A stretch of DNA of 64,000 bases from an uncultured Eubacteriales bacterium (GTDB lineage: Bacteria > Bacillota_I > Bacilli_A > Acholeplasmatales > Anaeroplasmataceae): the NCBI GenBank assembly GCA_963628445.1, contig CAVGEZ010000092.1, positions 10,634 to 74,633 on the forward strand, in the 5' to 3' direction. Made by a program: the position numbers and the translations under genes. The notes under the pieces were generated by a model. The model was not told the DNA's origin. It was given only the letters and a program-made list of their open reading frames with translations, and did not search any database. Shown piece after piece: positions 56,896 through 64,000 of the stretch (the first letter of the stretch is position 1; each line of letters begins with the position of its first letter).

Positions 56896-57230
56896 TAATC
56901 ATAAGGTTTAAAGTAGTCTTTAATAAATTTACCATCTAACCATTCTTCTACTTTATCTCCTTCTTCACAATCCTCAAAAATATCATCAACAGATATATAT
57001 TTACCTTTTACAAAAGCAACATTTTCTTTTACAATAAATGTTCCTGTATAAGGCTTCCATTCAATTTCATCTGCATACTCAGAACCATATATATTATATA
57101 TATCAGCTCCTTCGTTTTCTGCGAAATAGACAGGTTTACCTGATTCCAATGCTCTAGTTAAGTCAGTATAAACTTCTTTAATAACTGTAATAAAATCTCC
57201 ATCTGTTCCCGGAGTCCCAAATACTTTCAT
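56895..57230 (-). CDS. hypothetical protein
   Basis: Packed standard-code ORF. Confidence 0.5.
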   Translation of the reverse strand: MKVFGTPGTDGDFITVIKEVYTDLTRALESGKPVYFAENEGADIYNIYGSEYADEIEWKPYTGTFIVKENVAFVKGKYISVDDIFEDCEEGDKVEEWLDGKFIKDYFKPYD

Positions 57231-57267
57231 ATCCTAGTATATATTTTTTTTACTCAATTCTAAATTT

Positions 57268-59427
57268 TTAATTCTCATTTTTAGAGTAAATTCTAGTTTT
57301 TTGTTCTATTTGTCGAGGATTAGACCAGTTTTTAATCTTAGAAAGGTAGCCGATTACGCGATCCCATAAAGAAATATGATTACTTCCACATTTAGGACAT
57401 TTTTCAAATGGTTGTTTAGCAATAAATCCACATCTATCACATTCACAATTAGGAATATTAAATGTAAAGTATTGACAACCTACTTCTCCAGCATATTTTA
57501 ATAGTTTTCTATATTGTTCTACTGATAGATGATGGTCAAGATTAATATGTGCAGCAACACCTCCATCTAATTGATCATTAGCGAAATTTTTTCCATGCAT
57601 AAATAATTTATCTAATACAGAAACAGAAGCATCATTTGGTTTAAAGATATAACTAGCATAAAGATTTGTATCTTTAGGAACCCAATATCCATCTTGTTGA
57701 TCCCATGTATAATTTTTTGCAGATGCTGATTCAGCTGGAACTAATTCTGTATTAAAAGTTAGTTTATGATCATTAAATTTACCGTTAGCTGAACTGTTAA
57801 ATTCTTTTATAGTTTTAAATACTAATTTACAAAAATTTTTATACTCTTCATTATTAGTACATTTCATTCCGAGAAATTCAGCAGCTTGGTTTAAACCATT
57901 AACACCAATAGTAAGATATTGTTTATTTAAATCAATAAATCCTGCTTTATATACAGGAAGTAGATTAGAATTATACATATCCCATAGAAGTTCATTGTAT
58001 GCAATATGATACTTAGATACTCTTTCAAGAATATCTATTAAGTATGCTTTAAAGGAATCTCCTTCATTCTTAAATACGCCAGTAGCACATCTCTCATTTA
58101 CAATTTTACAGTGGTCCTGAACAATCCTATTGAGATTAAGAGTAATTACGCTTTTAGAACCAGTTTGAACTCCTAAATTACCATTAGTGAAATTAAATTC
58201 TTTAGTAGTAACCATATTTTTGAGTCTACAACAAGAACTCAATGAATCTACAGTATCAGATATATAAGTAAAGAAACTATGTCCTCGTGCATATTCTTGT
58301 GCTACAAATTCTGCCGAATCTTCATCAAGAAATTTACCTTCTTTATAAACAAGAGCGAAGGATTCTACAGGAAAAGTTAAAATACAGCGTAATCTTTCCT
58401 GATTAAACCATTGCATAAAGTCTTTTTGTAGCCAACAAAGAGATTCCCACACAGGTTTAGACCCGTCAGGAAAACAAAAATCTCCAAACATCCCTTCAAA
58501 GAATGGCTTGTCAAAATAAGAAAAATTTACGAAGGCACTTTGAAGTCCTCTAGCAGCTGCTGGCTGATTAATACTGTAAATTACTTGTTGAAAATATTGA
58601 TGTATTTGATTTTTTATGCTTTTGAGACGTAAGGAATTATGATTTGTAATTATATCATCACAATGTTTATAATAATCATCACCCCACTCTTTTCTAGCAA
58701 AGAAATCAAAGTATAAAAGAAATTCTGATGTTGCAACTGCTCCCGCAAACATTGCTGAGGTAGCAAATATTAGATTAATATACATACCACAAAAACTATC
58801 CAAGTTCTTTGGGGCGGCACTTAATCCACCAATATCTTTTATTCCATTTAATAAAAATGGATACATCGTCATACTAACACAATATGGAGCAATTGCTCCT
58901 GCAAAAGAAGATTCATCATGCTTATAAATAATATGATGTTCTAAATCTTTAATGTATTGATTTGCATCAAATTCTGGAAACAATTCCTTTAATTTAGAAA
59001 CAACCATATCTCTATTAAGCTTAAGATTATCAGATTTATGAATTTCTGCGTTTAAAATTCCAATATTTTTCCCACTTACATTAGAATTATCATCAATTGT
59101 AGCATTTGCAGTATTATTAGCTTCCTTATATTTAGATATAAAATCTTTTTTAGAATCTAATTGATGTCGTACTAAAGTGCGATAGTCTCTATATATAGAA
59201 TACTTCTGAGCAATTTCTTTATAATCATAATCATTAAGAAGTTCTATAACCTGATCTTGAATATCCTCAATACTAATTCCATCCCATACATTTACATTAT
59301 CTACAATCTCACTAATTACTTTATCTTGTACATTTTCATTACACGATAAAAAAGCCTTTTGAATAGCAGATTTAATTTTCTGTTTATCAAAAGGCTCTAA
59401 GTTTCCATTACGTTTTTTTACTTGCAT
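57268..59427 (-). CDS. nrdD: anaerobic (class III) ribonucleoside-triphosphate reductase
   Basis: N-terminal ATP-cone (VKKRNGNLEPFDKQKIKSAI). C-terminal Cys4 site (CECDRCGF...CPKCGS). Glycyl-radical motif DRVIGYLS. Length 719 aa. Confidence 0.9.
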   Translation of the reverse strand: MQVKKRNGNLEPFDKQKIKSAIQKAFLSCNENVQDKVISEIVDNVNVWDGISIEDIQDQVIELLNDYDYKEIAQKYSIYRDYRTLVRHQLDSKKDFISKYKEANNTANATIDDNSNVSGKNIGILNAEIHKSDNLKLNRDMVVSKLKELFPEFDANQYIKDLEHHIIYKHDESSFAGAIAPYCVSMTMYPFLLNGIKDIGGLSAAPKNLDSFCGMYINLIFATSAMFAGAVATSEFLLYFDFFARKEWGDDYYKHCDDIITNHNSLRLKSIKNQIHQYFQQVIYSINQPAAARGLQSAFVNFSYFDKPFFEGMFGDFCFPDGSKPVWESLCWLQKDFMQWFNQERLRCILTFPVESFALVYKEGKFLDEDSAEFVAQEYARGHSFFTYISDTVDSLSSCCRLKNMVTTKEFNFTNGNLGVQTGSKSVITLNLNRIVQDHCKIVNERCATGVFKNEGDSFKAYLIDILERVSKYHIAYNELLWDMYNSNLLPVYKAGFIDLNKQYLTIGVNGLNQAAEFLGMKCTNNEEYKNFCKLVFKTIKEFNSSANGKFNDHKLTFNTELVPAESASAKNYTWDQQDGYWVPKDTNLYASYIFKPNDASVSVLDKLFMHGKNFANDQLDGGVAAHINLDHHLSVEQYRKLLKYAGEVGCQYFTFNIPNCECDRCGFIAKQPFEKCPKCGSNHISLWDRVIGYLSKIKNWSNPRQIEQKTRIYSKNEN

Positions 59428-59792
59428 ATTATAATATTAAAAATTAGTATATAGTACTCCCTATACCAGCCTACTACTTTCTAAGTAGTAAAAACTGATT
59501 TAAACCCCTTCACCTTCTTAGCTACTCTTTCCGTTGATAGATTTATATCTATTACTAAGGGGTCGTCGCCACTAACCAACGTATACACGCTGCGATACCA
59601 GACACGCCTAGGATCAAAGAGGCTGGTTCCTGTCGTCGGAGTTGGGACGGAGCAGGAATTAACTAGGCAGTTAGCTTTGACAAGCACATAAGTGCACGGT
59701 TCTAATGTTTATTATGACCAAGAACTGATTCACAAAGATGGTCTAAGATGAAGTAAATATACTAATTTTTATTTAATCAAAAAAGCGTTCTA
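59428..59792 (-). promoter_or_regulatory. long structured 5' leader of nrdD (candidate cis-regulatory RNA/riboswitch)
   Basis: 365-nt non-coding gap. The core 59501-59700 is about 47% GC by hand count, against clearly AT-rich flanks. It contains several nested hairpins, plus a segment ACCAGCCT that can pair with either of two downstream partners. Confidence 0.4.
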
Positions 59793-60557
59793 TTAACAAC
59801 CTAGAATTTTACTTGCAAGAAGAGTTTTCTCGCAAATATTCATCATGTCTCGTTTCATATTATCAGTAAAAATCTGAGTAAATGCACCATATACATTATA
59901 CATATCAGACTCTTTTCCACCAATATAATAACGAGAATCTTGGTCTTCAAATAGAAGTTTATAAGCATCTATTGGAGTACTACTAGCTACTTTAACCTTA
60001 CCATATCCAACATCAAAAGTTTCTTTTAGACATTGTTTAACCCAATTGCCTAATTGAAGACTAGTATTTTCATAAGTACATTCAAAAGGAGTAGCCTTCA
60101 TGTGTCGAATAAAGTTTACAGTAGCTTCTATAGTACCCATTATATGTTCAATAGGTTTATAATTGATAGCAGTTTCAGGTTCTAAAGCAGAACAACTAAG
60201 TTGTTCTGGGGAAAATACACATAGATTAGTACAAACATTATCAAGAGCACCACTATAGAATTTTACAACTGGTTTGCGAACATCCAATCCATAAACCATT
60301 CCTACTACTTGAGAATGATTATCTACTACAAGGTTATCTGGAAGAATGGCTTGTACTACCACTCTATTATAAATATCTATAGTGTCGTTTTCTTCAACTG
60401 CAAGCTGGTCTGGTAATTTTACTTGTACTTTAAAATTATCAGTGTATTTACTCATTCTTTCCAAGAAAGGTTCTACATAAGCAGCAGTAGGATAATAGTT
60501 CCTATCTTTTATAGCAGTTGCTTTTCCTTGAAGCAATTCATTTACAGTTATTTCCAT
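59793..60557 (-). CDS. hypothetical protein
   Basis: Standard-code ORF, 254 aa. No motif recognised. Confidence 0.6.
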   Translation of the reverse strand: MEITVNELLQGKATAIKDRNYYPTAAYVEPFLERMSKYTDNFKVQVKLPDQLAVEENDTIDIYNRVVVQAILPDNLVVDNHSQVVGMVYGLDVRKPVVKFYSGALDNVCTNLCVFSPEQLSCSALEPETAINYKPIEHIMGTIEATVNFIRHMKATPFECTYENTSLQLGNWVKQCLKETFDVGYGKVKVASSTPIDAYKLLFEDQDSRYYIGGKESDMYNVYGAFTQIFTDNMKRDMMNICEKTLLASKILGC

Positions 60558-60890
60558 TTATTCCTCAATTTTATTATTAATTTGATCTTCTTTAAAGAAA
60601 TTTTCAAAAAACAAATTAAATTTATTTATTTCATATTCTCTAGCCTCGTTATAGAGCACTTTAAAGTAACTTTCATCCTTTTTACTTACTTCAATATTTA
60701 TTGTTGTCTGTAAAGGCTCAACAATAATTGTTAAAGTATTTACCTGCCAACAAAAAAGTTCAAAAGATATAGATTCTCCTTTGTTATTATAGATACTTAT
60801 ACTAGGATTATCTGGGTTTTCTGAGGTGACAATATGCATTTCCCTTTCCATTGCTTTGCGTACTAAAGCAATAATGTCTTTTATATTCAT
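60558..60890 (-). CDS. hypothetical protein, paralogue of 60891-61193
   Basis: Shares with its neighbour:
- MNI..I..L.RKAM at the N-terminus
- IYxNKGE
- FKVLxxExREY. Confidence 0.5.
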   Translation of the reverse strand: MNIKDIIALVRKAMEREMHIVTSENPDNPSISIYNNKGESISFELFCWQVNTLTIIVEPLQTTINIEVSKKDESYFKVLYNEAREYEINKFNLFFENFFKEDQINNKIEE

Positions 60891-61193
60891 TTATTTTACT
60901 ATTACACTTAATTCATTATTTAAATCAAACAATTCTTGTGCTATTTTAAGATTCGTATATTCACGCACTTCATCACACAAAACTTTAAATAGATTAAGTT
61001 CTGCATCTGTTAAAATCCGAAATGTTCTGTTACTTCTAGTACAAATTGACAATTCTTTATCACAAACAGAAATATCAAGTACTGTTTTTTCTCCCTTGTT
61101 TAAATAAATAGTTTGAGAAAAGGCTTGAATTGGCCATCCTGCTTTCATTGCCTTACGTATTAGCTCAGCAATACTTTTCATAGATATATTCAT
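60891..61193 (-). CDS. hypothetical protein, paralogue of 60558-60890
   Basis: See the neighbouring entry. The two genes abut in tandem. Confidence 0.5.
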   Translation of the reverse strand: MNISMKSIAELIRKAMKAGWPIQAFSQTIYLNKGEKTVLDISVCDKELSICTRSNRTFRILTDAELNLFKVLCDEVREYTNLKIAQELFDLNNELSVIVK

Positions 61194-61355
61194 TTATTTT
61201 ACTGTTTTTAGATATTCATTAAGTTCTTTAATTGTTATTCCTTCTAAAGCACAGCATTGAGCTTTAGATAGATATTCAGTACCGTTATATGTAACTGGTT
61301 TACAATTTTTGTTTGGTTTATAAACACCAAAAGCGTATTTATTATTCTTTTTCAT
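61194..61355 (-). CDS. possible 53-aa protein
   Basis: MKKNNKYAFGVYKPNKNCKPVTYNGTEYLSKAQCCALEGITIKELNEYLKTVK. Its ATG overlaps the upstream TGA (ATGA), and it fills the gap exactly. It is below the track cutoff. Confidence 0.35.
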   Translation of the reverse strand: MKKNNKYAFGVYKPNKNCKPVTYNGTEYLSKAQCCALEGITIKELNEYLKTVK

Positions 61356-61768
61356 ATATTAAATGATTTAATAATATTTTGTTTTAATGTTTCTAGGTCT
61401 TGAGCTTCAATTGTACATAGAGCAATTCTATCCCGAAGTTCTTTTTTAGTTAAAGAGTCTTTGATTTTTCCTAATGCTTTCCCATAATAGTATGCCATAC
61501 TTTTCTTTGAATCATATCTATCAATATTAGGATTTAATAATTTAGTTCTAATAGAGCGAATTGCTTCTTTCTTTATTTTTTCGGCTTCAGTTTCAAGAGT
61601 TTTAGCCTTATTTAAAGATGATGCAAATTCATTATATGCCACATTAAAAGTTTCATCCTTTAATATTTCTTCAGCATATTTTTCATTATTTAAATTAATT
61701 TTATTTGCTATATCTTCATACAACAAAGAAGCTAATGCACTAATTTGGTCTTTATTTAATTCTATCAT
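61352..61768 (-). CDS. hypothetical protein
   Basis: Packed standard-code ORF, 138 aa, predicted helical. Confidence 0.5.
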   Translation of the reverse strand: MIELNKDQISALASLLYEDIANKINLNNEKYAEEILKDETFNVAYNEFASSLNKAKTLETEAEKIKKEAIRSIRTKLLNPNIDRYDSKKSMAYYYGKALGKIKDSLTKKELRDRIALCTIEAQDLETLKQNIIKSFNI

Positions 61769-61770
61769 AA

Positions 61771-63306
61771 TTACATATTTTCAAAAGTTCCACGAATTAG
61801 ATTAAATCCAGAAATAATATCATAAGATAGACCATAACTATTTTTGCTATAGTTATAATCACTGTAATCAGAAGCTCCAAACAAGCTTAAAACATTACGA
61901 TATGACAATTTCTTACAACTACTAAGAGCATTAGAATGCAAATCTCCCTTAATAAAATGAATATTATCACCATAAATATGCTGAGAATCCAACCACTCAT
62001 ACAACATAAGTTGAGTTTTATCATTCATATTGAGAGGCATAGGCTTTTTCATAAATTGTGGGTCTTTGCCATGCATGCAAATCAGTCTTATACCATTTAC
62101 CTCAAACAAACCATAGAAATCTTCCCACAATGTAGTTTGAACATTAGGAAATTCTACATTTATTGCACTCATTAATGCTTTATTGCAAATATATTCATAA
62201 TTACCGCCATGATTACCACAAGGCACTGAGAAGACTTCAAATTCACATTTAAATGTAGTAATAAGTGATGAAATGAACCACCTCATAACAGTTAGAAATG
62301 TATTCGCTTGTTCTCTAGGATCCATATTTTCAGGCATTTCATGGTCAAGTCGAGCAGTTTTACCATACACTCCTGCACAATCTATATTATCACCGAGAAG
62401 TACAAGATTAATTTTGCCAAATGGACCTATTTCAGTCATACTCTTAATAATACACTTAAGTCTTCTAATTACCTCATCCTTACCATAGTTAATATTATCC
62501 TTATAAAGTGCTCCAGAACATACAGCAGCTCCTATATGCATATCTGCTAGATACAGGTTTATAGTTCTATCAGAGTTATTCTGTACTTCTATAGTATAAG
62601 GAGTAATTTTATCAAGCTCTATACTAAATTGAGCTTTTTTCAATTTGTCTTTAAGATCAATATTTTCTTGAGCATACTTCTTAAGAAGTTTCTCATTATT
62701 CTTAATTTGGTCTTCTTCCGCTTTACGAAGAAAACTATTCTCTTTCTCGCGAAGTTGAATTTCTCTCAAATCATTTTCAGAATATTCTTCATACATGTGA
62801 GGTGCAAAAGGACCACAAGCTTTTGTAATATTAAAAGAACGAAGAATACGTTTAAAATCTATTAAAGACAATTCTACAAAATGTCTAGAAATAGTTCTTT
62901 GAGTTAATGAATCTCCATAATAAGAATAAAGTCTATATATAAGATTCATTTCTTCTCTACTAAGAGAACCTAATAAAGGTTCTTTGTCTCGTCTAAATAT
63001 CTTGTAATTATAGGATATTATTTTTCCTTTATCATTTCTAGTAATAGATGTCTCCGCTCTATCATCAGTATCAACTGCTTCTACACTCTTATGAGTTACT
63101 TTATCATACAGTTCTACTAATTCTTTAGTTTCCTCAGATTGCTCCTTTCTAAGGTTAGAGAATAGAGAACTAATATTACTATAACTTAATCCATTTTCAA
63201 TACAAAATGCTTTTAAATTTTTGCCACTATTTACTGCAGCAGTTAAAATGTCTGTATATTTCTTTATTGTGGAATTTTTCATTATTATTTTAATTGATTT
63301 ATTCAA
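61771..63306 (-). CDS. protein with N-terminal HTH-like region and C-terminal metallophosphoesterase domain
   Basis: C-terminal motifs: LADMHIG, LLGDNIDC, CGNHGG, CMHGKD, GDLHSN. The N-terminus (...GKNLKAFCIENGLSYSNISSLF) looks HTH-like. Confidence 0.65.
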   Translation of the reverse strand: MNKSIKIIMKNSTIKKYTDILTAAVNSGKNLKAFCIENGLSYSNISSLFSNLRKEQSEETKELVELYDKVTHKSVEAVDTDDRAETSITRNDKGKIISYNYKIFRRDKEPLLGSLSREEMNLIYRLYSYYGDSLTQRTISRHFVELSLIDFKRILRSFNITKACGPFAPHMYEEYSENDLREIQLREKENSFLRKAEEDQIKNNEKLLKKYAQENIDLKDKLKKAQFSIELDKITPYTIEVQNNSDRTINLYLADMHIGAAVCSGALYKDNINYGKDEVIRRLKCIIKSMTEIGPFGKINLVLLGDNIDCAGVYGKTARLDHEMPENMDPREQANTFLTVMRWFISSLITTFKCEFEVFSVPCGNHGGNYEYICNKALMSAINVEFPNVQTTLWEDFYGLFEVNGIRLICMHGKDPQFMKKPMPLNMNDKTQLMLYEWLDSQHIYGDNIHFIKGDLHSNALSSCKKLSYRNVLSLFGASDYSDYNYSKNSYGLSYDIISGFNLIRGTFENM

Positions 63307-63330
63307 TTTTATATTAAGCTATTATGCTAT

Positions 63331-63368
63331 AAAAAAGAAAGGGCAGTCGTTTCTCAACAACTGCCCTT
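63331..63368 (-). terminator. rho-independent terminator after 63385-63936
   Basis: 9-bp stem AAGGGCAGT / ACTGCCCTT (63339-63347 / 63360-63368). On the - strand it is followed by TCTTTTTT. Confidence 0.7.
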
Positions 63369-63384
63369 AATATAGGATATAGAA

Positions 63385-63936
63385 TTAACCTCTTTCAACT
63401 CCGAATACAAGATAACTACCAACACGAGAACTCTTTGAAGGAGTATATTCAGCCTCGAATGCAATTGGCTCACCGTCAACTACCTGCTTTGTATATGTGC
63501 AGATGATGTTGCCCTTGAATCCCTTATTTACATACAAGTCCTTAGCAATTTCCTTAGCCTTAGCCTTAGTCTCGTTTGTCTCAGCGATAACTGAACCAGT
63601 AGCCTTATCAATCAACTGATAAGTGGTCTTATACTTACGAGCACCAGACTCATTCTTCTTGTCGTGGATACCGTAAGGACGCTCACGGCTATCAGCAACA
63701 GCTGACTCCAATGTGATTGAGAATCCTACACCAGCAACATTCTTAGATTTCTTAGCAAGATAATCAAGCATAAACTGCTTCTTGTCAGCGTCAGTTACAC
63801 CATTTACCTGCTTTTTCTTCCAGATTTTGTAAGCCTGTGTAGCATCACCCATAATGTCAAAAGGAGCCTTTGCAAGTGCTTCATCCTTAGTTGCTCCAGT
63901 TACTTCCATTCTCTTAAAATTCATAATTTGTGTCAT
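63385..63936 (-). CDS. hypothetical protein with atypical (GC-richer, AAG-preferring) codon usage
   Basis: 183-aa ORF with its own terminator. It is visibly richer in G/C than all neighbouring genes, and Lys is mostly AAG. Confidence 0.7.
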   Translation of the reverse strand: MTQIMNFKRMEVTGATKDEALAKAPFDIMGDATQAYKIWKKKQVNGVTDADKKQFMLDYLAKKSKNVAGVGFSITLESAVADSRERPYGIHDKKNESGARKYKTTYQLIDKATGSVIAETNETKAKAKEIAKDLYVNKGFKGNIICTYTKQVVDGEPIAFEAEYTPSKSSRVGSYLVFGVERG

Positions 63937-64000
63937 AATTCAATAAAGTTTAAAAAGTTTATAATCAAAAACATTAATTCATATCAACATCTTTCATCTA

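Noticed and set aside
56068-57230. The Hint/LAGLIDADG ORF as a true in-frame intein of a neighbouring gene.
   Set aside because: Stop codons separate it from both neighbours, and it is in a different register. It also lacks the terminal splicing residues.
59481-59687. Track ORF of 68 aa on the - strand inside the nrdD leader.
   Set aside because: Its composition (Pro/Thr/Val/Ser/Arg-rich, few Lys/Asn/Ile) is unlike every real protein here. The region is better explained as structured RNA, and the ORF coincides with the GC-rich paired core.
59428-59792. A firm call of a cobalamin riboswitch, or of a tRNA (for example the missing CUA suppressor), in the nrdD leader.
   Set aside because: I found only a loose resemblance to the 5' half of the B12 element and no convincing B12 box. 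There is no cloverleaf, no T-loop (GTTCRANNC) and no D-loop. I report it only as an unclassified structured leader.
59688-59792. A Bacteroidota-type promoter (TTTG ... TAnnTTTG) upstream of the nrdD leader (TTTG at about 59775, TATATTTA at about 59752, - strand).
   Set aside because: The spacing is about 16 nt rather than the expected 19-21, and the last consensus base is missing. That is too weak to annotate.
39791-63000. + strand ORFs inside the - arm (39791-39982, 40620-40802, 42246-42449, 43876-44118, 44147-44329, 45353-45547, 46758-46952, 47615-47803, 49415-49642, 51900-52082, 52736-52960, 53629-53862, 60423-60713, 60826-61107, 61936-62175, 62273-62550, 62629-62865).
   Set aside because: All are antisense to well-supported, motif-bearing or tightly packed - strand genes, and they are Phe/Ile/Leu/Ser-rich artefacts.
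1-64000. CRISPR arrays, tRNA/rRNA genes, an integrase or attachment sites, a reverse transcriptase/DGR, and long direct or inverted repeats.
   Set aside because: None was recognisable by eye in any intergenic region (6492-6570, 38409-38807, 42170-42251, 59428-59792, 63307-63384). A computational repeat and tRNA scan is still advisable.

Overview
This window looks like a contiguous piece of a crAss-like (Crassvirales-type) phage genome. It is AT-rich, and the host is probably Bacteroidota, judging from a Bacteroidota-style primary sigma-factor homologue and lipoprotein signal peptides. It has two convergent arms.

Arm 1 (+ strand, 1-38366) is the virion/cargo module. The six-frame track shows it as about 60 short ORFs, but every break I checked codon by codon is a TAG. 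Reading TAG as sense (about 200 in-frame TAGs by hand count) collapses the fragments into 12 genes. All 12 end in TAA or TGA. They include proteins of 2942, 3210 and 1511 aa.

The 3210-aa gene is a two-barrel virion RNA polymerase. Its catalytic D-Y-D-I-D motif is split by a 1020-nt group I intron carrying a LAGLIDADG ORF.

Arm 2 (- strand, 38808-63936) is the early/replication module. It is tightly packed and reads in the standard code, and three of its genes actually stop at TAG. It encodes:
- family A DNA polymerase
- a sigma-70 family factor
- ATP-dependent DNA ligase
- dUTPase
- ThyX
- thioredoxin
- anaerobic ribonucleotide reductase NrdD with its activase NrdG
- three metallophosphoesterases
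- a free-standing Hint+LAGLIDADG protein

Other points worth follow-up:
- a GC-rich, highly paired leader of about 300 nt upstream of nrdD
- a recurring PKF-x-x-GG / RKGG peptide motif in the virion proteins
- a codon-usage outlier gene at the right edge

I found no tRNA, rRNA, CRISPR array, integrase or reverse transcriptase. In particular, no suppressor tRNA is visible here. All coordinates and motif calls come from reading the sequence by hand, with no database search.
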